Source: Octopus vulgaris (taxonomy: Eukaryota). Taken from it: a stretch of DNA of 64,000 nucleotides. Both the position numbers and the translations under genes were made by a program. The stretch lies in contig OX597816.1 of NCBI GenBank assembly GCA_951406725.2, positions 165,850,001 through 165,914,000 of the forward strand. The letters are read 5' to 3'. Shown here one piece after another: positions 40,884 through 53,915 of this stretch; the stretch's first letter is position 1; the number at the start of each line of letters is the position of its first letter. The notes under the pieces were generated by a model. The model searched no databases and had not been told where the DNA came from. It saw nothing but the letters and a program-made list of their open reading frames with translations.

Positions 40884-41124
40884 TTAACACAATAATGTAA
40901 AGAGCACTGCTAACACAGTAGGACGTGGTACTGACTTATAAAAACATTCAGTATACCTTATAATATATTATGGTGGCATGACGAAATGCTACAAGTCATT
41001 AATCTGAATTTAAATCACGTCCGAAGATTAAACAAAGTACCAGCCAAGTAATGGGAATCAATAATATCGACTGACTTTTTCCCCCTAAGTATTTCAGCTC
41101 TGGTACCTATGTTACAAATTATTC

Positions 41125-41495
41125 TTTTCTACTCTAGGCACAAGGCCCGAAATTTTGGGGGGAGAGGGCCAGTCGCTTGAATCGACCCCAGTACGCAACT
41201 TATACTTAATTTATCGACCCCGAAAGGATAAAAGGCAAAGTCGACCTCGGTGGAATTCGAACTTAGTACGTAAAGACAGACGAAATACCTATTTCTATTT
41301 CTTTGCTATCCACAAGGGGCTAAACACAGAGGAGACAAACAAGGACAGACAAACAGATTAAGTCGATTACATCCACCCCAGCGAGTAACTGGTACTTAAT
41401 TTATCGACTCCGAAAGGATGAAAGGCAAAGTCGACATCGGCGGAATTTGAACTCAGAACGTAGCGGCAGACGAAATACCGCTACGCATTTCGCAA
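41125..41495 (-). mobile_element. Dimeric SINE-B
   Basis: Two B bodies with different tails; same architecture at 55452-55835. Confidence 0.8.
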
Positions 41496-42021
41496 ATCCT
41501 ATGTTAAAAAAATTATTGTATCAGAACAAATAATCTAGATATATCATTTTATATTATTTTCTAGAGCTGAATCGAACTGAGCCCACCATCATTGAAATCA
41601 TTGATTCTAGTTTAAAATGTTTTATTTCTTTCTTTAGAGTTGAATTTCAACAAATATTTCGCTTCAAACCAAAGACTGAAGAAGCCAAATAAGATTAAAA
41701 CATTTTGGATTATATCATAGAACTCTAATAAACAACAGCTAAAGGGTACAAATAACGCGAACCAGCGATTTATAACACACGCGTATGCGCGCGCCTACAG
41801 TGCAACTTGAAATAATTTCGTCAAAAAAGAAGTAAATTTAACAAAATTCTTCTCACAAAAATTACTAGCTGCTCTGAAATATTTTTTCTTCGGAACTTGA
41901 ATATAAAGAATAAAGAAAAATAAACAGAAAGGAAATGTAAAATTTTACAATATCTTTGGTATATCCATTTTACATTTTCCGTAAGAAATTAAATTAACGT
42001 AAAAATTTGTTGTTCTGCACA

Positions 42022-42240
42022 TCTATATATATAAAACTCAACTTGTGTGTCTGTGTGTGTATCTGTGCGTGTGTCTGTGTGTTTAACTTCCCGGCACATC
42101 TCCTCCTAGCCAACAAATCGTAGAACCACCAAAAATGGGTCACTTAAAGTTTAGGCGAATGAAAATTGAACTGCGCTACTTCTGTTCCGAAATTTATCTC
42201 GCAAGTGCAAAAATCAATAATGCGTTTGTTTAGGCCTTAT
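42022..42240 (+). mobile_element. Possible 5' part of a second Helitron family
   Basis: A|TCTATATATATAAA followed by a (gtgtct)-rich block; no CTAG end found. Confidence 0.4.
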
Positions 42241-42269
42241 CCCATGCATACATACATACATTCATACAC

Positions 42270-42372
<103 letters not shown>

Positions 42373-42384
42373 TTCAAAATGTAA

Positions 42385-42589
42385 CAACATGTGAATCGTT
42401 GGGGATTTTTTTTTCTCCGTCTTCCTTTTTTATTGGACTTTCCTCTGTCTCCTGTTTCTGAAAAAGAGCTTTACTCGAAACGTAAAGTCACCTTCCTTTC
42501 TTTCCCTGAGCGTCTGCTAATACTTTACATATACCACGTCCTCGCGTTATTGTTTTCTGTTTTGTGTTTGTTCTTCGTTTTTTATTTAC

Positions 42590-42590
<1 letters not shown>
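42385..42590 (+). mobile_element. Degenerate H1 element
   Basis: gtttCTGAAAAagagctttactcGAAACGTAaag; reverse complement of 7703-7905; (TA)n flanks. Confidence 0.7.
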
Positions 42591-42643
<53 letters not shown>

Positions 42644-43809
42644 GGTTAAGGTGTTGCATTCACGATTGCGGGATCGTGGGTTCGATTCCCAGACCGGGCG
42701 TTGCGTTGTGTTCTTGTGGTACTGCAAAAACGTTATGACATATGGTCTTCTTAAGTACTCTCTTGGCATTCTGGCTTTAGTCACAACACCAATGTATGCA
42801 ACATTCTCATCGACTCTGAGATATTTGTAGCTTTATAATTAGAGCTACAATGTATGTATGCATGTACGCATGTTTGTATGTATGTATGCATGCATGTATG
42901 TTTGTATATATGTATTCAGATTTTATATATTCGATTATTTTCTGCAGTAGCAAATAAAAAAACCTCCCCCGCTTCTTTCTATCCATAATTACATATAAAT
43001 ATTGAATGAAGGAACTCTATATAAACTTCAGAATATTCTAGAGGAATCCAAAAACAAAACAAACATCAAATTAACCAGGACAGCTGATTCTCACAGTTGC
43101 GTAAAAGCGACATGCATAATCGCCATGCTCCGTCTTTCTTTCTCTTCTCTACATTTCTATCTATCTACATTCACTACTGTCTTCCTCTCTTTCTCTCTCT
43201 CTTTTTGCTTCTCTCTCTCTCTCTCCTCTTTATCAATGTACGAAACTGAAAGGTGTCTCAATGAAAATGCTCTTTAGCAGCTGTAGCTCTAACATTTAAT
43301 GACTAGACATTTATTCCTATTTTGTGGGTTTGGGGCAATATTTTGAAAAGGTTACGAAAACAAAATCGTTAATTCTTGAAATAGTTAATAAAATATAAAA
43401 TTTCCATGAATTTGTTACACAAAAAAAAAACTCCACAGACATTGCAACTACAACACAATTATTACAATAAACAAAAACTGTGATAGATTTCAAAAAACCG
43501 AATCGAATGTGGTCCGGGACTCATTAGAATGTTATTTAGCCATATAGAAATATAAGAATAAAACTAAATTATTCTGATATTTCCATAAATTTGGTGAGGT
43601 GCATGACCAATTGGTTAGGGTGTTGGACCCATGATGGTAAAATTATGGTTTCGATTCCTGAACAGGGCAATGTGTTGTGTTCTTGAGCAAAACACTTCAT
43701 TTCACGATGCTCCAGTCCACTCAGATGGTAAAAGAGAGTAATCCTGTGAGGTACAGTTTTTTAATGATGTTTTTGCAGGTTTTATAAAAAACAATAAATG
43801 CATACATAT

Positions 43810-46070
43810 ATGGTGGTTGTCTACTCCTTATGCAGAGTCCGACCACCTCTTGTACCTACAACTTAGATCCGTCATGGCATCTGGTGTAGCTTTCTAAACC
43901 AGACAATGTATTGAAAAGATACCCACATAGATTGCATATCCGATTTGGACCACCAAGAGCTGCAGTTAAGCTCTGATCTTTGTGGATCTTAAAATGTCTT
44001 TTGAGACCTCCCTTAGAATTGTAGACCTTGTGGCAAAACACGGCATTGAGAGGTGTGCCCAGATATATAGGAAGAATAGTTGATGTAGTTTCGTTTTTCG
44101 TGGTTCCTCAAATGAGATTTAAGGCCAGCAAAAGGAAGGCATGGTCTGTCACGAACGGTGAACACAAAAAGGTCCCTGAAATTCATCTTCTTGATCTTAA
44201 CATTCTTCTTTAAATCTCTCTTGAGTTTTGCGTGTGTTATCCTGGCCTCCTCAAACGCTTTCACTCCACTCCACATTTTTGTTCGTCATTTTTTATCCGA
44301 AGCAAGAGTTTCTTTGGTCTTTGAATCCATTCCAAGTGACTTCATGGTAATCCCTATGCTGTCCTTAAACCTATTTTTAGGTTTACACCAATTGCGTTTC
44401 CCCTCTGCAAGCTCCAGGATTATTGATTTAATTGAAGTGATGCCTTCAGACGCAAAGACATCTGTGTCTGGAGTAAAAAGCCTAATTTAATGTTTAAAAT
44501 GTAACGAAGGCATTTTTGGTGGAATCGTTGTAACAATTTGAAATGTCTTTCATAATCTTTCATAACACGTCCATGTTTCAGAAGAATAGAACGGGAATGA
44601 TAAGACAAACGATTTGTAAAGAGACAATTTTGTGTTGTTATTTATATGTCTCAAAACACGTGACCTCAAACCACCAAATGATTGTGCCGCCCTTTCAATT
44701 CGCAGATGTATTTCTCTATCCATATTTTCCTAATTTTGTACAGAGCTTCCAAGGTAGATGAAAGAGTCAACAATATCAAGTAACATACCCTTAAAATTTA
44801 AAGGGGTTGCAAACAGCACCACGTGCAGGTTGATACATTATAACTGTCTTTTTTTTTCAAATTGATGGTCAAGCCAAAATCATCTCAAGCTGAGTCAAAT
44901 GCAGTTACAAGAGATTGCAGGCCTCAGAGCAACTGACCAGATCGTTATCCTAAGCGTATAAGAGTTCCCTAATGAGTGATGTAAAAACCTTTGTTTTGAA
45001 TTTCGGTCTCGTCAGATTAAAAACATTCTCAGTTGTTTGATAGTTTACGTAAATACCCCCCTCAGAGTTTTAAAATGCGTGTGACAGCACAACAGTAAAG
45101 TATATTGCAAAGAGGGTGAGTGAATCAATGTCTCCTTGCTTAACACCATTTTTTCATGGCAAAAGATTTAGAAAGCCTACCATCAAAATTAACTCTAGCC
45201 TTCATATCTTCATGCAAAGCCCTGATCATGTTTACAAATTTTTATGAGCAACCTATTTTCCATAGAATTAGCCACAAAGCATTTCGATTAACTGTATCGA
45301 ATGCCTTGCTTATATCAACAAAGCAGTGGCAGAGGGCAACATTCTGTTCAATGAATTTTTCCTGAAATTTTCTGATACAAAAGATACAATCAACTGTGCC
45401 CCTCGAGGAGCGTAAACCACGTTGAGACTCAGACACTATATATGGAACTATGAAGGTATTTAAACGTTCTAACAGAATGCGGGCAAATACTTTCCAACTA
45501 CAGACAAAAGTGAAATCCTACGAAAATTACAACACAGATCGTTTGACCCCGATGTATACAAGAAGGCTAAAATGGCATCAATCCAGTCTTGAGGCACTTC
45601 CTCAGTTTTCCAACAGTGAAAAATATATATATATATATTTAACAGTTCAAACATTTTGTCAGCCTCATATTTCAAGACCTCTGCACAGATTCCATCAGAC
45701 CCTGGAGACTTATTGTTATTCAGCTTATTCACAGCTAAATAAATGTCATTTAGAGTTGATTCAACTGCCATCTCCTCTATAAATGGGAAGGTGTTCGATG
45801 TTTTCTGTCATCCTCATGTCAACGAATAATAATTTATTCAAAAGTGCAGAAAAATGTTCTACCAAGCGCTTATGAATGGAATCGGTGTCAGTCAAAAGCA
45901 AATGTCCATTTGTTGTTCTCACTGGAGCTACTGAAGAAGATTTTGGGCCATATACCGCCTTAACATAAGAGTACAAACCCTTGGCATCATTTCTATCATC
46001 TGCTTTTTGCGTCCCCTTTGCTGTGTCAATCCACCATTCCTGTTTAATTTTCCTTACAGTAATCTGCACT
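43810..46070 (-). pseudogene. 5'-truncated RTE-clade LINE (RT plus C-terminal C2H2 zinc fingers), decayed
   Basis: KSPGSDGI, ESQRGLRSSRGTVDCIF..FVDISKAFDTVNR, GVKQGD, LQRFHQKCLR, GLKSHLRNH, CHKVYNSKGGLKRHFKIH. Confidence 0.9.
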
Positions 46071-46108
46071 TTCTCTGTATGTTTAATTAATTTGTTCTAA
46101 GGAAAATG

Positions 46109-46146
<38 letters not shown>

Positions 46147-46255
46147 GCACACACACATAATAATAGAAGACACTTGCCCAAGGTGCCACGCTATGGGACT
46201 GAAGCCGGAACCATGTGGTTCGTAAGCAAGTTACTTACCACACAGCTATTCCTAC

Positions 46256-46295
<40 letters not shown>

Positions 46296-46841
46296 TATAT
46301 ATACACTCTCATACATACATGAACATACATCTATGTGTGCGCGTGTGCGTTCGTGTATGTGTGTGTGTGCGTATGTGTAGGTGAAGCAAGGAAAGAAAAT
46401 AGCACTCGACACATTTTGAAGTTGTATTTATTTAATAATCTCGCGGCAATCATCGCTTTTTAAAATTGATTAAACTAACTTTGTTAATGCATGTCATAAT
46501 TTACTTTGACTCGAATCTTGAAAGCATCTCTTGAAAGTAGCCTTAAGAATGAATACATTTTCGAACTCAATGCAATTTCTACTTTAAATAATGTTAAATG
46601 AGTTTGCAACTAACCTAATGTAAGACAAGTTGAAAACAAAATATATTAACTCTTAATATGAAGAATACATCTTGATGAGGGCAGAAAGAAATCGAGTGAA
46701 GCCCGTCATCAATTGGCACTCTTCTCTATCTTGAAACCACTTACTGTATTTACTCGACTAGAAGTCTCCTTCATGTATAAGCTGTACCCCCGTTTTTTTT
46801 AGTAAAAATCATGTATTAAATTGTGCAACTTATACATGAGT

Positions 46842-47260
46842 GGCGCAGGAGTGGCTGTGTGGTAAGTAGCTTGCTTACCAACCACATGGTTCCGGGTTCA
46901 GTTCCACTGCGTGGCATCTTGGGCAAGTGTCTTCTACTATAGCCTCGGGCCGACCAAAGACTTGTGAATGGATTTGGTAGACGGAAACTGAAAGAAGCCC
47001 GTCGTAAATATGCATATATATATATATATGTGTGTGTGTATGTTTGTGTGTCTGTGTTTGTCCCCCTAGCATTGCTTGACAGCCGATGCCGGTGTGTTTA
47101 CGTCCCCGTCACTTAGCGGTTCGGCAAAAGAGACCGATAGAATAAATACTGGGCTTACAAAGAATAAGTCCTGGGGTCGATTTGCTCGACTAAAGGTGGT
47201 GCTCCAGCATGGCCGCAGTCAAATGACTGAAACAAGTAAAAGAGTAAAAGAGTAAAAGAG
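46842..47260 (+). mobile_element. SINE family A, young full-length copy
   Basis: Complete head to (gtaaaaga)n tail. Confidence 0.9.
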
Positions 47261-47284
47261 TATGAGTAAAAATGGTGCATAATG

Positions 47285-47543
47285 TCTTCAACAATTTGTA
47301 AATATGATCAGGACTTTGCACGAAGATATGAAGGCAAGAGTTAATTTTGATGGTAGGCTTTATGAATCCTTTGCAATGAAAAAATGGTGTAAAGCAAGGA
47401 GACATTGATTCACTCGCCCTCTTTGCAATATACTTTACTGTTGTGCTGTCACACGCATTTTAAAACTCTGAGGAGGGTATTTACGTAAACTATCAAACAA
47501 CTGGGAATGTTTTTAATCCGACGTGACCGAAATTCAAAACAAA
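47285..47543 (+). pseudogene. Inverted duplicate of the RTE segment ~44993-45245
   Basis: Colinear reverse-complement match including the GVKQGD region. Confidence 0.88.
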
Positions 47544-48061
47544 GCACGATTCATGCATGTGTTATCGTTTTCTAAAATAACCAGAATCATATGAAACAAC
47601 ATTGAATAAAATATCATCAGGGACAACCATATTTAACACGTCCCTCTACACGCGAAATACTCCTGGGAGAAAATTCTACCCGCAGACAAAATGTGTGAAA
47701 AAAAAATCGGGCTGTCAATGACGTTACCGTATTGTAGGACGCGTGTATTTCTACGTCATTGCGCATCGTCGGCTACAACTGCCGAATTCGTCTGTCACGC
47801 CCTATAACAACAATTGTTCCTATAAGAAAAGTAAATTGTACATATACCGATATGCGTAAAGCTTGCTTCCGCTGGAATTAAGTAACTAATATCACACGAA
47901 GCAGAGTTGGATAAAATATAGTCATGCACAACTATATTCAACACGTTCATGTGTATTCGGAAATGCGGAGATAGTCCTGAAAGAAAGTTCTCATGCGCAA
48001 TGATGTAGAAACGCATGCATTCTACTACCATCTATGATGTCATTCATAGGCCACAGTGGTT

Positions 48062-49298
48062 TTACATATTTTTGTCTGAGAGGAGAATCTTCTCTTCAGA
48101 AAATGATTTGGCATTGGATTTGAACATCTTATTTTGTTTGTAGCATTTGATTCTTTTCTCAAATCTGCGTATTCTCTGAGCTTTTGCCTGAACTTTTTGT
48201 TTAAGTTTTTCTTTCGCTGAGATTAGTTCTTCTCTTGTTGAGAGTCCATATTTTCTCACAATCTTCCTGCCTTTTCTTGATCTTATACCATTTCCAGAGA
48301 TTAGCTCAGTTAATATTGATATCTCCCTTCGCAATGATTCAATTTCAGTTTCAATTCTACTCCTCCAGTTTGATTTTCTTTTCGAATTTGGTATTGTTGG
48401 CTTTTTGGGCGTTAAACAGCGTCTTTCCATTACCTTAGTAACAGAGTAAATAATTTCATTTAACTTATTAAGATCGGGTTTTGTTGTATGATTTCTTGTG
48501 TAACGCAGTTTCCAATTTTTATTTGTGTTTTATGTTGATGTGCATTTGAGAGTTTATGGAGTGGTTCCCTATCATTCATATTTGTATGCCCTACAAATGC
48601 AAGCTCATTCAGAACTTCCGGCTTCATTTTAATGACATATTTTCTGTGTTGTTCAGCAAATATGTGGTCTTCAAATTCTGTTTCGAAATCATTTTCCGGG
48701 CTGTTTTTTCTAGGGTCATTATATTTTCCTTTTTCTTCAGGCTCTTGAGTGGTTTCGGCAGATGGTCGCCTTTCAGTCAATGCTTGTGGTCCAACATTCC
48801 TCCCCTCTGCTTCGTTATTTCCTTCCTGACTTATATTTAGGTCATTCTCTACCACTTTTTTAATAGAGGTTAATTCTGCATCTGTGAGTCTGGTATTTCT
48901 GAAGATATCTCTTCTAACATTTGCTAATCAGTTTTCATCCAGGTTTGGTCTGTTAGCTGGATTCCGGCTCCTCCAAATTCTGTAGGAGTTTACGGTGTGT
49001 TTCTCTTGAGTTGGCCTACTTAATGCAAAGTAATAAGTATATATTACTTCTTTATAGTCTTCCCGATTCCATTTAGTCCTTTTACATTTTTGATTTTCTG
49101 GTCGTTGTAGTGGTGAACTTTGGGGGCTTAATTTGGGACAAATCCCGTTTAAGTGACCTTCCAGGTTCGTATTCGGGGAAGATATTCTGCCATTTGAAAA
49201 TTTTTTGCCACCAGGCAGACAGCTTCCAGACAGGCGCGCTTCCTTTATAACCATTGGACAAGCGATTCGGTGTACTGTTTGAAATTTTCTTTTCAAGT
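48062..49298 (-). pseudogene. R4/Dong LINE 5' region
   Basis: RTKWNREDYKEVIYTYY...LANVRRDI...WRSRIETEIESLRREIS...EKLKQKVQAKAQRIRRFEKR..QNKMF; 5' end abuts (TAA)n at 49301-49360. Confidence 0.85.
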
Positions 49299-49300
49299 AA

Positions 49301-49360
<60 letters not shown>

Positions 49361-49451
49361 GCTGTTGTTGTTGTTATTAATATCTTCACACGTGAATTCT
49401 TCAAAGGCTCTTTATCCCACGTGTGTCTTCTTGTTCTTTGTACATATTCAT

Positions 49452-49489
<38 letters not shown>

Positions 49490-49493
<4 letters not shown>

Positions 49494-49507
49494 CATACAT
49501 ACATACA

Positions 49508-49583
<76 letters not shown>

Positions 49584-49972
49584 CATACATACATACATAC
49601 ATACATACATACATACATACATACATACATACATACATACATACATACATACATACATACATACATACATACATACATACATACATACATACATACATAC
49701 ATACATACATACATACATACATACATACATACATACATACATACATACATACATACATACATACATACATACATACATACATACATACATGCATACATAC
49801 ATACATACATACATACATACATACATACATACATACATACATACATACATACATACATACATACATACATACATACATACATACATGCATACATACATAC
49901 ATACATACATACATACATGCATACATACATACATACATACATACATACATGCATATATGTATGTATGTATGT
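49490..49972. repeat. ~480-bp (TACA)n microsatellite
   Basis: Direct reading; source of several spurious long ORFs. Confidence 0.97.
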
Positions 49973-51299
49973 ATTTTAATAGATATGTATATAAGTTATA
50001 TTTGATATGCAGTTTGCAGTACGAGATATTCTCTTCATATGCAGTCAGTTTCGACTGTGCCGCCGTGTCGCTCCTTACAACCGTGTCGCGTAACTGTGAT
50101 TGCGGCCAGTGGACATCCGGGTTCTTTTGATGCCCACCAATTAGAATGCTTTTATTCTCGGTCGTCCATGCAGTCATCGCATCAAACCGGATACAGCTGT
50201 AGCCACTCCAGTTACACAGCGACTATCTTTGTTTAACCTACTCACCTACTATTTGTCCTTAGTTTTCAACCTTTTTGTCTTTCTCTTTCGCATGTTCACA
50301 TGCCTCTACCGTGTCCATGTCGAGACGTGTTCTTCTCTCTTCCATTTACAAATCATTGCTCTGCACACACGCGTACATGCACACATACAGACGCACACAC
50401 AACTACTGTATTATTATGCATACATACGCTTCGGTCTATCTTAATCATTTAAATCTTTCTTACTAATAAAAAGCTGGTCTCGCTTCAATTTGGATAATAT
50501 ATGCTGAGTGTCATATATCGCGACTTATGAAAGTCTTGTATGTTTTGTTATTGTACCAAACAGTGTTTCTTTCTCAAGACATTGCTGTGATATTTACTGT
50601 GGTCTTCGCTGTCCAGCAATTCTATGTCTGTATGTATAATCAATGTATACGTGTGTTTATGTGCCTGTGCATGTATATAGATATTAATGTTTGTTTTTAT
50701 GTTCCTTTACAATAAAGATAAACCAATTTTATATTTATCTGATGGATTATTCTATACTTTTTCAGAGTACAAATTTATAATTCCTAAACATGAATATTAC
50801 TGACAGTGACTTCGTTGTCTCAGCCAGTTAAGCCATCTTATAAATGTATTTCGTGGACAGCGACGTGTGAGGAATAACGAAGAATAATCATGAAAAATAT
50901 TTATACTCTTCTACTGTATTGAGTACTTTTTCCTAAAGTTTCTTACATCAAACGTTCATACACATACGCAAACACACATAAACACGCACACACACGCACG
51001 CCCACTCACATACACACACACACGCACATATTTATACACAAACACATACAAATACAAATAGCTATCACCTTCATTATTTGTCAACAAGCCGAGCTACTTG
51101 CTTCACTCCTCCACAAATACGTCCCACGAACACTTTCCCTATTATATATAGTGTCCACAAAACCACTCCTAGCTGCGTTACTGTGGGGTGACAGCCAGCC
51201 TGGATTTCCTCGCATTCATGTCAAATACGGACACCATATTTATCAATATATTTGAACAACTTTAGATGTTATAGCGTCATGAAACCAAGGAGTGTTTTC

Positions 51300-51495
51300 G
51301 TGTGGACGACCGCTAACTACTAAAGCTTTCTTTTTTTTATTCTCTCTCTGTTTATTTCCACGTGTTCCTTTCTGTTTAAGAGCGTAGGATCGAAACGTGA
51401 AAGACTCTATCACTTTCTCGAGTGTTAAACTAATACACCTGTTTGTTGTTTACACACCTATCTTCGTCTTTTGTTTTTCGTAAATTCCAACTATA
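51300..51495 (+). mobile_element. Degenerate H1-like element
   Basis: aagagcgtaggatcGAAACGTgaaagac...gtgttaaactaatacac; similar to 42385-42590. Confidence 0.5.
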
Positions 51496-51529
51496 ATATA
51501 TATATGTATATATATCTGTATGTATATAT

Positions 51530-51565
<36 letters not shown>

Positions 51566-51568
51566 TCT

Positions 51569-51604
<36 letters not shown>

Positions 51605-52304
51605 TACTCACACACACATACGCACATATATATATGTATGTAGTGTCGAGGAGAAGAGACCAAGAGGTTGCCACAAAGTCCAGAATAGCTGATCCCTTTG
51701 ACGGTGCATACTTTTTCTTGTCTGTCCCAATCAACAATATCAGGACTGTTATGTTTACACTCGACATATGTTTTGATGGGAATGTTCCACTAGTATTCCT
51801 TCTGTTGATGTTTGGGCATGTATTCAATAACAGGGGATTCTCTATATTTATTCAAGGACAGTATTTTTTACGAATGGCATTGTATATTGTTTTGCTACAA
51901 CGTTGTGTCACGCAGGGAGGTAATACCTTGATGACATTTTGGAACAGCGACTTATCACATACATACAGCGCTCTTCTGACAACATTATGAGATTTTAACT
52001 CTTATTTCTAGCAATGTAGATGTTTCGGTACACTCCGTCACATTTAGCGACGATTAATTTTTTCCACTATGGTATTACATTACGCCTAGTTGTTTACATT
52101 AATCTTTTGTGTCTAACTATGTATGCACGTGCATATGTATATATCCGTAAGGCTTCCGTGCAGTTTCCGGTTGTTAAATTCATTCACAAGCTGTTCGTCA
52201 GTTCGAGGTTACTCATGTTGCTTCGCAGTGAGACTGTAGGACTCAAACTATGCAGATGTTTGTGAAACTAACTTGCCGATCCTCCAGTCATGACTGCGCC
52301 AACG

Positions 52305-52760
52305 TGTATGCATGCATACATGTATGCATGTATGTATGTATGTATGTATGTATGTATGTATGTACGTACGTACGTACGTATGTATGTATGTATGTATGTA
52401 TGTATGTATTATGTATGTATGTATGCATGCATGTATGAATTATGTATGTATGTATGTATGTATGTATGTATGTATGTATGTATGTATGTATGTATGTATG
52501 TATGAGTCTATGTACGTATGTATGTACGTATGTATGTATGTATTATGTATGTATGTATGCATGCATGTATGTATTATGTATGTATGTATGTATGTATGTA
52601 TTATGTATGTATGTATGTATGCATGTATGTATGTATGTATGTATGTATGTATGAGTCTATGTATGTATGTATGTATGTATGTATGTATGTATGTACGTAT
52701 GTATGTACGTATGTATGTATGCATGTATGTATGTATGTAATTATGTATGTATGTATGTTT
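52305..52760. repeat. Interrupted (TATG)n tract
   Basis: Direct reading; recurring variants tatgagtc, tacg, tgca. Confidence 0.95.
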
Positions 52761-52767
52761 TATGTGA

Positions 52768-53088
52768 AGGCGCGTGGCTTAGTGGTTACGGTATTCGGCT
52801 CACGGTCATAAGGTTTTTAAGTTCAATACCCGGCGGCGCGTTGTGTCCTTGAGCAAGATGTTTTATTTCTCGCTGCTTCAATCCGCTCAGCTGGTAAAAA
52901 TGAATAGCATTGGATTTCAAACGGTCAGCCTTATCACATTCTGTTTCACGCTGAATCTCCCCGAGAACTAAGTTAAAGGTACGCGTGCTTGTGGAGTCCT
53001 TAGCCTCTTGCGCGTCTTAATTCACGAGCAGTCTGTTCAATTGATCGGATCAACTGGAGAGTCACGGTCGTAACCGACGGAGTACTAG
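52768..53088 (+). mobile_element. SINE family C
   Basis: ggcgcgtggcttagtggtt...gttcaatacccgg...gtcgtaaccgacggagt. Confidence 0.8.
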
Positions 53089-53493
53089 TTTCTTTTGTTT
53101 TTTTGTTTTTTTTTTAGTTTTAGTAAGTTTCTATGTGTTGTTGCCTGTAAGGGTAAGTGTATTGTTAGAGCATAGAACATAAAAGAAATAAGGTGATTTA
53201 CCGAAATGCTTGAACACGGAATTTTTAAACCATGAACTGCCATTTTTTTATTCATAACTTTTGGCTTTGGCAGGTGTCTTAGGAGTTAAAATAATATATA
53301 GTATTTAAATTTTCTTCATATGTGAATTATTTTGGAAATTATGATAAAATTTTCGACAAGTCCCAAATGAGGATCGCTTAAAATAAAAAGCATATCTATC
53401 CTTTTCTATTCAATTGCAATAATAAACCTTTTAGTTTTTTTGAAACTATAGCATCAAATGTGTATCAAATGTGAATGTGTATGAAATATCAAT

Positions 53494-53915
53494 GCAGGAG
53501 TGGCTGTGTGGTAAGTAGCTTGCTTACCAACCACATGGTTCTGGGTTCAGTCCCACTGCGTGACATCTTGGGCAAGTGTCTTCTGCTATAGCCCCGGGCC
53601 GACCAATGCCTTGTGAGTGGATTTGGTAGACGGAAACCGAAAGAAGCCTGTCGTATATATGTATATATATATATGTGTGTGTGTGTGTATATGTGTTTGT
53701 GTGTCTGTGTTTGTCCCCCTAGCATTGCTTGACAACTGATGCTGGTGTGTTTACGTCCCCGTCACTTAGCAGTTCGGCAAAAGAGACCGATAGAATAAGT
53801 ACTGGGCTTACAAAGAATAAGTCCCGGGGTCGATTTGCTCGACTAAAGGCGGTGCTCCAGCATGGCCGCCGTCAAATGTCTGAAACAAGTAAAAGAGTAA
53901 AAGAGAGAAAAGAGA
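53494..53915 (+). mobile_element. SINE family A
   Basis: Full-length consensus match. Confidence 0.9.

Noticed and set aside
46842-46915. tRNA gene calls at SINE heads
   Set aside because: A/B boxes present but no full cloverleaf; contiguous with SINE bodies
48928-50177. Long ORFs of 167-340 aa
   Set aside because: Stop-free reading of (TACA)n/(TAA)n; only the Dong-derived tail of one has real coding ancestry
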